Program-made: the position numbers and the translations under genes
In this document: positions 16,608-25,159 of the stretch, in pieces
Numbering within the stretch: the stretch's first letter is position 1
Layout: every line of letters begins with the position of its first letter
Notes under the pieces: generated by a model
What the model was told of the DNA's origin: nothing
Database searches by the model: none
What the model saw: only the letters and a program-made list of their open reading frames with translations
NCBI GenBank assembly: GCA_039812405.1
Contig: JBDIAL010000027.1
Location: 1-26,768 of the forward strand
DNA length: 26,768 nt
Reading direction: 5' to 3'
Source: Nostocoides sp.
Lineage (GTDB): Bacteria; Actinomycetota; Actinomycetes; Actinomycetales; Dermatophilaceae

Positions 16608-17495
16608 TCACAGGTGCCGGACGGCGAGGGCCGCGAGGAGACGCCGTCGCAGGGTGTTGCCGCGGTCGGCGAACTCCCGCTGGGCGGTGACGTACTCCGC
16701 CCGGCCCTCCGCCGTCTCGATCGCCACGGGCGCGTAGCCGAGCGCCCGCAGGTCGTAGGGGGAGGCGCGCATGTCGAGCTCGCGCACCGCGCGCGCCAGC
16801 TCGAAGCAGTCGACGGTCAGGTCGCTCGGCACGAGCGGCGCGAGCGTGAAGGCCCACTTGTAGAGGTCCATCGCCGCGTGGAGACAGCCCGGCTGCTCGT
16901 GATCGGGCTGGGCGTCCCGGGTGAGCGGGACCGCGTTGCGCGGCACGGCCGGCGGGGTGAAGAACCGGTAGGCGTCGAAGTGGGTGCACCGGAGCCGATG
17001 GGACTCGACGACGGCGTCGGTGCCCTCCCGCCCGAGCCGCAGCGGCCATCCGGCGTGCCGCACCTGGTCGTCCGTCGCGCGATAGAGCATGGCCCACTCG
17101 TGGAGCCCGAGGCAGCCGGTGCGGGCGGGACGGGACAGGGTGCGGGTCACCAGGGCTCGGACGAAGTCCACCGACCGGTCCCGGTGCCGGAGGTAGCCGT
17201 CGAGGTCGAGCCGCACGCCGTCTCCCTCGGTGACGTAGTGCGTCCAGCCGGCCCGCGGCATACCGGCCGCACCCTCGAGGACCACGCCGGGGCCGGGGTG
17301 CCAGCGCCGCAGCCGCCCCGGGGAGTGGTGGTAGTAGACGAAGAGGAAGTCCTCGACCGGGTGGGAGCGTCCCTCCGCGCGCCGGGTCCGGTGCCCCGCC
17401 GTCAGGGCGTCGACCCGGGCCTCGTGCGCGGCCTCGCGGGCCTGCCAGTCCTCGAGGGACAGCGTCCGCGCGATGCCCGCCGTGGCCTCGGTCAT
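16608..17495 (-). CDS. Conserved hypothetical protein (295 aa), family not recognised
   Basis: A long ORF with coding GC3 and the motifs HPVEDFLFVYYHH, HEWAMLY and LRCTHFDAYRFF. ATG at 17495 follows GGTGAGG. It is first in a three-gene minus-strand operon. Confidence 0.55.
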   Translation of the reverse strand: MTEATAGIARTLSLEDWQAREAAHEARVDALTAGHRTRRAEGRSHPVEDFLFVYYHHSPGRLRRWHPGPGVVLEGAAGMPRAGWTHYVTEGDGVRLDLDGYLRHRDRSVDFVRALVTRTLSRPARTGCLGLHEWAMLYRATDDQVRHAGWPLRLGREGTDAVVESHRLRCTHFDAYRFFTPPAVPRNAVPLTRDAQPDHEQPGCLHAAMDLYKWAFTLAPLVPSDLTVDCFELARAVRELDMRASPYDLRALGYAPVAIETAEGRAEYVTAQREFADRGNTLRRRLLAALAVRHL

Positions 17496-17510
17496 CGCAG
17501 CAGGGTAATG

Positions 17511-17590
17511 ACCTCACCCGATAAACGGTCACTGTGCGGGGGAAGCGTTGTCGGGTGAGGTGTCCGTTTGTCGTGGAACCCGATAAAGGG
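17511..17590. repeat. Copy B of the intergenic palindromic repeat family, inverted relative to copy A
   Basis: cccgataaacggtcactgtgcgggggaagcgttgtcgggtgaggtgtccgtttgtcgtggaacccgataaaggg has about 2 mismatches against the reverse complement of 741-832. It lies in the divergent region between the 16608..17495 gene and the FAH gene. Confidence 0.7.
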
Positions 17591-17643
17591 CGCCGGGGTG
17601 GGGGCGCGGCGGGCGCCGGGGTGGGGCGCTTAGGGTGGGGCGT

Positions 17644-18417
17644 ATGCGGATCGCGCGGTTCACGACGGGGGAGGACCCGGCATACGGCCTGGTCGACGGT
17701 GCGGGGGAGAAGATCGCGGAGATCACCGGCGACCCGCTCTACACGAAGATCGAGCTGACCGGGGCGACCCACCTCGTCGCCGACGTGCGGCTGCTCGCGC
17801 CGGTCATCCCGCGGAGCAAGGTCATCGGCATCGGGAAGAACTACGCCGACCACGCCAAGGAGATGGGCAGCGAGGCACCCGAGGTGCCGCTCATGTTCCT
17901 CGTGCCCAACACGGCCGTCGTCGGGCCGGGCGACCCCGTCGTCATCCCGCCGGGCCTCACCCGCGAGGTGCACTACGAGGGCGAGCTCGCCGTCGTCATC
18001 GGCAGGCTCTGCAAGGACGTGGCGCCCGAGGACACCGGGAAGGTGATCCTCGGCTACACGATCGCCGACGACGTGTCCGCCCGCGACCTGCAGCGCGGCG
18101 ACGGGCAGTGGGCACGGGCCAAGGGGCTGGACACCTTCCAGCCGCTCGGTCCGTGGATCGAGACCGACCTCGACCCGAGCGACCTGCGGATCACGACCCG
18201 CCGCGACGGCGAGGTCGTCCAGGACGCCACGACGGCCGACATGGTGCACGGCGTTGCCGAGCTCGTGTCGTTCGCGAGCACGGCGTTCACGCTCCTGCCG
18301 GGCGACGTCATCATGACGGGGACGCCGGCGGGGGTCGGGCCCGTCGTCGCCGGCCAGCGGGTCGAGGTCGAGATCGAGGGCATCGGCGTCCTGTCCAACC
18401 CCTTCGTCGCGCCCTAG
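17644..18417 (+). CDS. Fumarylacetoacetate hydrolase (FAH) family protein (2-keto-4-pentenoate hydratase / HpcE-like)
   Basis: Contains the FAH-fold motifs (..VIGIGKNYADHAKE..PLMFLVPNTAVVGPGDPVVIPPG..EGELAVVIG..). This corresponds to the Rv2993c-type position next to gltX. ATG at 17644, or GTG at 17635. Confidence 0.8.
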   Translation: MRIARFTTGEDPAYGLVDGAGEKIAEITGDPLYTKIELTGATHLVADVRLLAPVIPRSKVIGIGKNYADHAKEMGSEAPEVPLMFLVPNTAVVGPGDPVVIPPGLTREVHYEGELAVVIGRLCKDVAPEDTGKVILGYTIADDVSARDLQRGDGQWARAKGLDTFQPLGPWIETDLDPSDLRITTRRDGEVVQDATTADMVHGVAELVSFASTAFTLLPGDVIMTGTPAGVGPVVAGQRVEVEIEGIGVLSNPFVAP

Positions 18418-18524
18418 CCCCTGCCCGTCCCGGGCCGTCCGGCGCCGCGGTCCCGGGGCCGCGGCCCTTCCGTGGGGTCACCCGACAGGACGAGGGCGGC
18501 GGGATCCCTAGAATCGAGGCCATC

Positions 18525-20045
18525 ATGAGCACTCCCGACCTCGGCACCGTCCGCCTGCGCGTCGCGCCGTCACCGACCGGTGACCCGCACGTCGGGACGG
18601 CCTACATGTCCTTGTTTAACCTCGCCTTCGTGCGCCAGCAGGGCGGCCGGTTCGTCCTGCGCATCGAGGACACCGACCGCGCCCGGTTCCGCGCCGACAG
18701 CGAGCAGCAGGTCTTCGACACCCTCCGCTGGCTCGACCTCCGGTGGGACGAGGGGCCCGACGTGGGCGGCCCGTATGCGCCCTACCGCCAGTCCGAGCGC
18801 CTCGACACCTACGCGCCGTATGCCGACCGGCTCCTCGCCGAGGGCAGGGCATACCACTGCTGGTGCTCGACCGAGCGGCTCGCCGCGATGCGCGAGGAGC
18901 AGCAGCGCCGCAAGGAGCCGACCGGCTACGACCGCCTGTGCTACGGGCTGACCAGGCAGGAGCGGGCCGAGCTGCCCGGGTTCACCGAGACGCCCGTCGT
19001 CCGGATGCTCATCCCCGACGACGTCGACCTCGTCTTCGACGACCTCATCCGCGGCAAGGTCTCGGCGCCCCGGCCCGACGACCAGGTCATCGTCAAGGCC
19101 GACGGGTTCCCGACCTACCACCTCGCCGTCGTCGTCGACGACCACGAGATGGGCATCACCCACGTCGTCCGTGGCGAGGAGTGGATCTCCTCGACGCCCA
19201 AGCACCTCCTCCTCTACCGGTGGCTCGGCCTCACCCCGCCGGCGTTCGCCCACATGCCGCTGCTGCGCAACGTCGACAAGTCGAAGATCTCCAAGCGGAA
19301 GAACCCCGCGGCCCGGCTCACCTGGTTCCAGGAGGAGGGCTACCTCCCCGAGGCCCTCGTCAACTTCCTCGCGCTGCTGGCCTACCCGCCCCAGCAGGAC
19401 GCCGAGGGCCACGACGTCGAGGTCTTCCCGTTCGACGACTTCTCCCGCGACTTCGACTGGGCCAAGGTCAACCCGGTCGGCCCGATCTTCGACCTCAAGA
19501 AGCTCGACTGGCTCAACGGCGTCTACATCCGCGAGCTCGAGCTCGGCGACCTCGCCTCACGCCTCCTGCCGTACCTGCAGCGCGACGAGGTCCTCGGCGA
19601 CCAGCCGACGCTCGGCGAGCTGGCCCGGCTGGAGAAGGTCACCGCGCTCATCCAGACCCGGATCGCCAAGCTCTCCGAGGCGACCGCTCTCGTCGCGCCC
19701 TTCTACGTCGCCGACCAGGATCTCGAGATCGCCGACGACGCCCGAGCGGGCCTTCGCGACGACTCGGCCCAGGTGCTCGACACGGCTCTCGACGTCCTCG
19801 ACGGACTGCCCGACACCCACGCCGGGACGCTCGGCTCCGAGCCGTCGTGGACCGCGCCCGTCATCGAGGAGGCCCTCCGCTCGGCCATCGTCGACGGGCT
19901 CGGCATCAAGGCCCGGTTCGCGTTCGGACCGCTGCGCACCGCCGTCTCGGGGCAGCGAGTCAGCCCGCCCCTGTTCGAGTCGATGGAGATCCTCGGCAAG
20001 GCCTCGACCGTCACCCGCCTCCGGCGCCTGCGCGAGTCCCTCTGA
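18525..20045 (+). CDS. gltX: Glutamyl-tRNA synthetase
   Basis: Contains the HVGT (HIGH-class) motif in RLRVAPSPTGDPHVGTAYMSLFNLAF and the KISKR (KMSKS) motif. Length is 506 aa. The long upstream part of ORF 18108.. is an artefact. Confidence 0.9.
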   Translation: MSTPDLGTVRLRVAPSPTGDPHVGTAYMSLFNLAFVRQQGGRFVLRIEDTDRARFRADSEQQVFDTLRWLDLRWDEGPDVGGPYAPYRQSERLDTYAPYADRLLAEGRAYHCWCSTERLAAMREEQQRRKEPTGYDRLCYGLTRQERAELPGFTETPVVRMLIPDDVDLVFDDLIRGKVSAPRPDDQVIVKADGFPTYHLAVVVDDHEMGITHVVRGEEWISSTPKHLLLYRWLGLTPPAFAHMPLLRNVDKSKISKRKNPAARLTWFQEEGYLPEALVNFLALLAYPPQQDAEGHDVEVFPFDDFSRDFDWAKVNPVGPIFDLKKLDWLNGVYIRELELGDLASRLLPYLQRDEVLGDQPTLGELARLEKVTALIQTRIAKLSEATALVAPFYVADQDLEIADDARAGLRDDSAQVLDTALDVLDGLPDTHAGTLGSEPSWTAPVIEEALRSAIVDGLGIKARFAFGPLRTAVSGQRVSPPLFESMEILGKASTVTRLRRLRESL

Positions 20046-20210
20046 CCGCTGGTCGGTCTCGCCCGGACCACGCGATCGACCTCGCCGGGCCGGGAGCCGG
20101 CTCGGCGGTCGTCGTCCCGCTGATTTGGGGGCCCACCGGGGGCTTCGGTAGAGTCTGCCCTTGGTTCGTGAGCCGCGCCGTCTTCGGGCGGAGGGGCCAC
20201 GATACCCCCT

Positions 20211-20285
20211 TGGGGTATGGTGTAATTGGCAACACAGCTGATTCTGGTTCAGTCGTTCTAGGTTCGAGTCCTGGTACCCCAGCCA
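20211..20285 (+). tRNA. tRNA-Gln (anticodon CUG), CCA encoded
   Basis: A cloverleaf can be drawn by hand: acceptor TGGGGTA/TACCCCA, D-stem GTGT/ACAC, anticodon stem GCTGA/TCAGT with loop TTCTGGT, and T-arm CTAGG-TTCGAGT-CCTGG. The discriminator is G, followed by CCA. Confidence 0.8.
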
Positions 20286-20393
20286 TCGACCCCCGCCTGC
20301 GGCGGGACGCGGTCGATTCGGAGTTCGCCACACCGCACGGTATGGTTTCCTCCGCTGTCCGAAGGGCTCCGGCCCGGAGGACAACCTGCTAGA

Positions 20394-20466
20394 GGCCCCG
20401 TTGTGTAGTGGCCTAGCACGCCGCCCTCTCAAGGCGGTAGCGCGGGTTCGAATCCCGTCGGGGCTA
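20394..20466 (+). tRNA. tRNA-Glu (anticodon CUC), CCA not encoded
   Basis: Acceptor GGCCCCG/CGGGGCT, anticodon stem CCGCC/GGCGG with loop CTCTCAA, and T-arm GCGGG-TTCGAAT-CCCGT. It resembles E. coli tRNA-Glu throughout. Confidence 0.8.
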
Positions 20467-20473
20467 CGTTCGG

Positions 20474-20510
20474 TGACAGACCCCCAGCCAGGCCGGCTGG
20501 GGGTCTGTCA
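20474..20510. terminator. Perfect 16-bp inverted repeat (tgacagacccccagcc-aggcc-ggctgggggtctgtca) between the tRNA-Glu 3' end and the convergent MerR 3' end
   Basis: A very stable hairpin with no U-tract, consistent with a bidirectional terminator or processing signal in high-GC actinobacteria. Confidence 0.45.
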
Positions 20511-20542
20511 GTCTCGCCGAGGGACGACGACACGCGCGCACC

Positions 20543-21168
20543 TCAGCGACCTTCGGCGCGCACGGTGCTCACGTGCTCCTGGGCGAGCCGGCGCAACGCC
20601 GACAGCACCTGGTCGACCATGACGGTCCCGGCGACGACGGTGAGCAGCATCCGGGACAGTCCCCCGGCCTCGCCCGCCTCTGCCGTGACGTCGAGGTCGA
20701 CGGCCGCCACCTGCTCGCTGGCGTCGGCATACGCGAGCAGGCTCTTCCGGGAGACCGGCACGCCCGCTCGCCGGGTGGCCTCGATCGCCGCGGTGAGGCT
20801 GCGCCGGGCGACGGCGTCCGGCGCGACCCGCCACCCGAGGTCGGCGAGGAGGTCGGCCACCTCCGGTGACTCCGGGACGTCGCGGCCGGGGATGGGCAGC
20901 GCCTCGTGGGCGATGCCGAGCAGGTCGTTGGGGGACCGGACGGGGGCGTCGAGCGCCTCGACGACGCGACGGGTCGCTGCGACCGAGAGCCCGCCGACGT
21001 CGACGAGCGCGCGGACGAGACGGACCCGCTCGACGTGCTCCTCGGCATACGACGCGCGGGTCGCGCTCGTCGCAGTGCCGGGCATGAGCAGGCCCTCGCG
21101 CAGGTAGTACTTGAGGGTCGCGACCGCGACGCCCGTCCGCGCGGACAGCTCCGAGATGAGCATCGGCA
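20543..21168 (-). CDS. MerR-family transcriptional regulator
   Basis: The N-terminal MLISELSARTGVAVATLKYYLREGLL is a MerR HTH. ATG at 21168 is preceded by a perfect AAGGAGG. The track start MMDSDTIQ is an upstream artefact. Confidence 0.8.
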
Positions 21169-21174
21169 TACCTC

Positions 21175-21205
21175 CTTGACATTGGATAGTATCGCTATCC
21201 ATCAT
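21175..21205 (+). promoter_or_regulatory. MerR-type promoter: TTGACA, a 19-bp spacer carrying a dyad, then CATCAT
   Basis: TTGACA (21175-21180) is followed by 19 nt, then CATCAT. The spacer contains the dyad aTTGGATAG-tatcg-CTATCCat. The DUF4188 gene starts at 21235 with an AAGGAGG RBS. Confidence 0.4.
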
Positions 21206-21234
21206 TGGAGAGCACCACTATCCAAGGAGGTATC

Positions 21235-21831
21235 ATGGAACGGCTCACCCACGCCCACGACGGCGACCTCGCCGTCTTCCTCATCGGGATGACCGTCCGC
21301 AAGCCGTGGCGCCCCGACCTGTGGGGGCCGGCCTTCCGCGCCATGCCGCCGATGCTGCGCGAGCTGGCCCTCAACCGCGCGGCGAGCGAGCGCGGCGAGG
21401 AGGAGTGGCTCGGCTTCTACGACGGCGCCCCGTCGATCGGCCCGCGCGGCCCGCTCGTCGTGCAGTACTGGCGCAGCGTCGAGGACATCTACCGGTATGC
21501 CGCCGACCAGGACCGCGTGCACAGGCCGCGGTGGGCCGAGTTCAACCGGCGGGCGCGGGCGGCCGAGGGGGCGGTCGGGGTCTGGCACGAGACGTATGCC
21601 GTGCCCGCCGGTGGGGTGGAGACGGTCTACACGGGGGTCGGCCGGCCGCTCGGGCTCGGTCAGGCGACCGGCGTCGTGCCCGCGACACGTCGCGGCGAGA
21701 CCGCGCGCCAGCGGCTCGGCTCCAGCGTCGCAACTTCGGGGGCCGGGTCGCCTGCCGAGCGCCGGGCCGTCGCCATCGGACGGGTCGCACCCGAGAAGCG
21801 GACACCTCGCGGGGGAACCGTTGTCGGGTGA
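21235..21831 (+). CDS. DUF4188-family protein
   Basis: The motifs LAVFLIGMTVRKPW, VVQYWRSVEDIYRYA, GVWHETY and a NRRA region match DUF4188. The C-terminal ~50 aa are low-complexity and run into repeat copy C, so the true stop is uncertain. Confidence 0.6.
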   Translation: MERLTHAHDGDLAVFLIGMTVRKPWRPDLWGPAFRAMPPMLRELALNRAASERGEEEWLGFYDGAPSIGPRGPLVVQYWRSVEDIYRYAADQDRVHRPRWAEFNRRARAAEGAVGVWHETYAVPAGGVETVYTGVGRPLGLGQATGVVPATRRGETARQRLGSSVATSGAGSPAERRAVAIGRVAPEKRTPRGGTVVG

Positions 21832-21864
21832 GAGGGACCGTTGTCGTGGAACCCGATAACGGTC
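21806..21864. repeat. Copy C (partial) of the intergenic palindromic repeat family
   Basis: gcgggggaaccgttgtcgggtgagagggaccgttgtcgtggaacccgataacggtc aligns to the right two-thirds of copy B. It fills the gap between the convergent DUF4188 and IclR stops. Confidence 0.6.
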
Positions 21865-22618
21865 AGCCGGCGTTCTGGGCGGCCTGCTGGGCCTCCTGCG
21901 CGGCCGCGTGGCGGGCGAGGACCTCGGTCAGCTTGTTGGCCCCGGCCATGACGGTCGCGGCGTGGAGGCGGCCGGGCTGGCGGGAGAGCCGCTCGATGGG
22001 CCCGGAGATCGAGACGGCGGCGACGACCCGTCCGGAGGGGCCGCGCACCGGGGCGGACACCGAGGCGACCCCGGGCTCGCGCTCGCCGACGCTCTGGGCC
22101 CAACCGCGCCGGCGCACCCCGGAGAGCGTCGTCGCCGTGAAGGCGGCGCCCTGGAGCCCGCGGTGCAGCCGGTCGGGCTCCTCCCACGCGAGGAGGACCT
22201 GGGCGGCGGAGCCGGCGAGCATCGTCAGGCTCGAGCCGACGGGGATGGAGTCGCGCAGGCCGACCGGGCGCTCGGCGGCGGAGACGCAGATGCGGTGGTC
22301 GCCCTGCCGGCGGAACAGCTGGGCGCTCTCGTTGGTGTGGTCGCGCAGGGCCCCGAGGACCGGGCCGGCGGCGGCGAGCAGCCGGTCCTCTCCGGCGGCG
22401 GCGGCGAGCTCGGCGAGGCGCGGGCCGAGGACGAAGCGGCCCTGCATGTCGCGGGAGACGAGACGGTGGTGCTCGAGGGCGACGGCGAGGCGGTGGGCCG
22501 TCGGCCGGGCCAGTCCCGTGGCGGTCACGAGCTGGGCGAGGGTCGAGGGCCCCGCCTCGAGAGCGCCGAGGACGACCGCAGCCTTGTCGAGAACGCCGAC
22601 CCCACTCGATGTGTCCAT
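21863..22618 (-). CDS. ltbR: IclR-family transcriptional regulator (LtbR/NdgR-like leucine-biosynthesis regulator by position and sequence)
   Basis: MDTSSGVGVLDKAAVVLGALEAGPSTLAQLVTATGLARPTAHRLAVALE is an IclR HTH, followed by a C-terminal IclR effector domain. It is divergent from leuCD as in Mycobacterium, Corynebacterium and Streptomyces. An alternative start is at 22639. Confidence 0.8.
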   Translation of the reverse strand: MDTSSGVGVLDKAAVVLGALEAGPSTLAQLVTATGLARPTAHRLAVALEHHRLVSRDMQGRFVLGPRLAELAAAAGEDRLLAAAGPVLGALRDHTNESAQLFRRQGDHRICVSAAERPVGLRDSIPVGSSLTMLAGSAAQVLLAWEEPDRLHRGLQGAAFTATTLSGVRRRGWAQSVGEREPGVASVSAPVRGPSGRVVAAVSISGPIERLSRQPGRLHAATVMAGANKLTEVLARHAAAQEAQQAAQNAG

Positions 22619-22631
22619 GCCTTGATATTGC

Positions 22632-22693
22632 CGTCTCATTGCCTGAGACGCAAGTCCGTCGACGCTACCGGCGTGTAAATCTCTCATGAGACG
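22632..22693. promoter_or_regulatory. Two related palindromes in the IclR/leuC divergent region: CGTCTCA-ttgcc-TGAGACG and cTCTCA|TGAGACG
   Basis: The first spans 22632-22650 and the second 22681-22693. They share half-sites. They are candidate IclR operators and a leuC promoter. Confidence 0.4.
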
Positions 22694-22771
22694 CACCGAG
22701 GCGGGGGTTCCCGGGGTGCGCAGGAACCGGCATACCGACAGCTGCCGGTCGCTCGTGGAAGGTGGTTGGTC

Positions 22772-24187
22772 ATGGCGGGAACGCTGGCGGAGAAGGTCTG
22801 GGAGTCGCACGTCGTCCGGCGGGCCGAGGGCGAGCCGGACCTGCTCTACATCGACCTCCACCTCGTCCACGAGGTGACGAGCCCGCAGGCCTTCGACGGC
22901 CTGCGGCTCGCGGGGCGACCGGTGCGGCGGCCCGAGCTGACCCTGGCGACCGAGGACCACAACGTCCCGACGACCCCCGGCCCCATCCTCGACGTCGTGA
23001 GCCGCACCCAGGTCGAGACGCTGCGCCGCAACTGCGCGGAGTTCGGCGTCCGGATCTTCCCTATGGGCGACGCCGAGCAGGGCATCGTCCACGTCGTCGG
23101 GCCGCAGCGCGGGCTCACCCAGCCGGGCATGACGATCGTCTGCGGTGACAGCCACACCTCGACGCACGGTGCCTTCGGCGCCCTCGCCCTCGGCATCGGC
23201 ACCTCCGAGGTCGAGCACGTCCTCGCGACCCAGACCCTGCCCCTCAAGCCGTTCCGCACGATGGCCATCAACGTCGAGGGCGAGCTGCAGCCGGGCGTGA
23301 CGGCCAAGGACATCATCCTCGCCGTCATCGCGAGGATCGGGACCGGCGGCGGCCAGGGCTACGTCCTGGAGTACCGCGGCAGCGCCATCCGGGCGCTGTC
23401 GATGGAGGCCCGGATGACGGTATGCAACATGTCGATCGAGGCCGGGGCCCGCGCCGGGATGATCGCCCCCGACGAGACGACGTTCGACTACCTCCGGGGC
23501 CGTCCCGACGCACCGACCGGGGAGGAGTGGGACCGGGCCGTCGCCGACTGGTCGCTGCTGCGCACCGACGACGACGCGGTCTTCGACGAGGTGGTCGACG
23601 TCGACGCCGACGCCCTCACCCCGTTCGTCACGTGGGGCACCAACCCCGGTCAGGGCGCCCCGCTCGGAGCCGCCGTGCCCGACCCGGAGTCCTTCGGCGA
23701 CGAGAACGAGAAGGCCGCCGCCCAGCGGGCCCTCGCATACATGGGCCTCGAGGCGGGCACTCCGCTGCGCGACATCCACGTCGACACCGTCTTCGTCGGC
23801 TCGTGCACCAACGGCCGCATCGAGGACCTGCGCGCGGCCGCCGACATCGTCAAGGGGCGCCATGTCGCCGCGGGGGTGCGGATGCTCGTCGTGCCCGGCT
23901 CGACCCGGGTGCGGCTCCAGGCCGAGCAGGAGGGCCTCGACCGGGTCTTCACCGACGCCGGCGCCGAGTGGCGGCTCGCGGGCTGCTCGATGTGCCTCGG
24001 GATGAACCCCGACCAGCTCACGCCGGGGGAGCGCAGCGCCTCGACGTCGAACCGCAACTTCGAGGGCCGGCAGGGCAAGGGCGGACGCACCCATCTGGTC
24101 AGCCCCCTCGTCGCCGCAGCGACCGCCGTCCGCGGCACGCTGTCGAGCCCCGCCGATCTGGACACCCGCGTGGAGGAGACGGTCTGA
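22772..24187 (+). CDS. leuC: 3-isopropylmalate dehydratase large subunit
   Basis: Aconitase-family LeuC with Fe-S ligand Cys residues (..[14 protein letters not shown].., ..[11 protein letters not shown].., ..CSMCLGMN..). ATG at 22772 follows GGAAGGTGG. Confidence 0.9.
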   Translation: MAGTLAEKVWESHVVRRAEGEPDLLYIDLHLVHEVTSPQAFDGLRLAGRPVRRPELTLATEDHNVPTTPGPILDVVSRTQVETLRRNCAEFGVRIFPMGDAEQGIVHVVGPQRGLTQPGMTIVCGDSHTSTHGAFGALALGIGTSEVEHVLATQTLPLKPFRTMAINVEGELQPGVTAKDIILAVIARIGTGGGQGYVLEYRGSAIRALSMEARMTVCNMSIEAGARAGMIAPDETTFDYLRGRPDAPTGEEWDRAVADWSLLRTDDDAVFDEVVDVDADALTPFVTWGTNPGQGAPLGAAVPDPESFGDENEKAAAQRALAYMGLEAGTPLRDIHVDTVFVGSCTNGRIEDLRAAADIVKGRHVAAGVRMLVVPGSTRVRLQAEQEGLDRVFTDAGAEWRLAGCSMCLGMNPDQLTPGERSASTSNRNFEGRQGKGGRTHLVSPLVAAATAVRGTLSSPADLDTRVEETV

Positions 24188-24780
24188 TGGAGAAGTTCAC
24201 CTCGCACACCGGTGTCGGCGTCCCGCTGCGCCGCAGCAACGTCGACACCGACCAGATCATCCCGGCCGTCTACCTCAAGCGGGTGACGCGCACCGGGTTC
24301 GAGGACGGGTTGTTCGCCGCCTGGCGCAAGGACGACACCTTCGTCCTCAACAACCCTGTGTATGCGGCGGGCTCGGTCCTCGTCGCGGGTCCCGACTTCG
24401 GGACGGGCTCGTCGCGCGAGCACGCGGTGTGGGCGCTCATGAACTACGGCTTCCGCGTCATCATCTCCTCGCGGTTCGCCGACATCTTCCGTGGCAACAG
24501 CGGCAAGCAGGGCCTGCTCACGGCCCGGGCGAGCCAGGACGACGTCGAGCTGCTGTGGAAGTACCTCGAGAACGAGCCGGGGGCCTCGGTCACCGTCGAC
24601 CTCGCGAGCCGGACCATCGTGGCCGGTGACATCGTGGCACCGTTCGAGGTCGACGACTACACGCGGTGGCGTCTCCTCGAGGGTCTCGACGACATCAGCC
24701 TGACGCTGCGCAACGAGGTTGACATCACGGCCTTCGAGCAGACCCGGCCCACCTACAAGCCCGTCGTCCCGGCCTCCTGA
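24187..24780 (+). CDS. leuD: 3-isopropylmalate dehydratase small subunit
   Basis: [27 protein letters not shown] is a typical LeuD N-terminus. Its ATG overlaps the leuC TGA (TGATG). Confidence 0.9.
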   Translation: MEKFTSHTGVGVPLRRSNVDTDQIIPAVYLKRVTRTGFEDGLFAAWRKDDTFVLNNPVYAAGSVLVAGPDFGTGSSREHAVWALMNYGFRVIISSRFADIFRGNSGKQGLLTARASQDDVELLWKYLENEPGASVTVDLASRTIVAGDIVAPFEVDDYTRWRLLEGLDDISLTLRNEVDITAFEQTRPTYKPVVPAS

Positions 24781-24815
24781 GCCGCCTCCGGCGTGTCGCG
24801 GCACGCCGGAGAGGT

Positions 24816-25041
24816 CGTTGTGCGGCAACCGAATCGGCGTGCCGCCGTGGGTCGGTGCTCCGCCGTCCGCGAGATGCCGTGCCATGCCTCGGGTGTGCCG
24901 TATGCCGTTGTGGCGCAACCGTTTCCAGGTCGCCGGGGGAGTGCTTCCAGGTATCCTCGGGACGTTTCGCATGGGGTGGATGGTGCGGATGTGACACGGT
25001 ATGCGGGCTCGGTCACGTCGGATCCCGTTGTGGGGCAACAC
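24816..25041. promoter_or_regulatory. Three spaced copies of cGTTGTGSSGCAACc in the 380-bp hupB upstream region
   Basis: cgttgtgcggcaaccg (24816-24831), ccgttgtggcgcaaccg (24905-24921) and cccgttgtggggcaacac (24024-25041 region, precisely 25024-25041). The leuD-proximal hairpin ccggcgtg-tcgcgg-cacgccgg (24787-24810) precedes them. Confidence 0.4.
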
Positions 25042-25159
25042 AAACGGCCCGGCAGTGATGGACTATCGGGACGCACCGGCATACCGTCTGGGGCAGGTCG
25101 GGCACTCCGACTGCCAGGTCGAGGGCCGGCCTGGCCCCCCGACAGACCATGGAGACGAC

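Noticed and set aside
741-17590. Composite transposon bounded by the inverted repeats at 741-832 and 17511-17590
   Set aside because: The interior is core metabolism (fdh, serA, leuB, ilvE, cimA) in a gene order conserved across actinobacteria. There is no transposase. A third partial copy lies elsewhere. A dispersed small repeat is more likely.
20100-20210. Possible third tRNA between gltX and tRNA-Gln (GGGGGCTTCGGTAGAG...GATACCCCC)
   Set aside because: No consistent cloverleaf could be drawn. There is no anticodon stem-loop or T-arm. It is more likely promoter or leader sequence for the tRNA pair.
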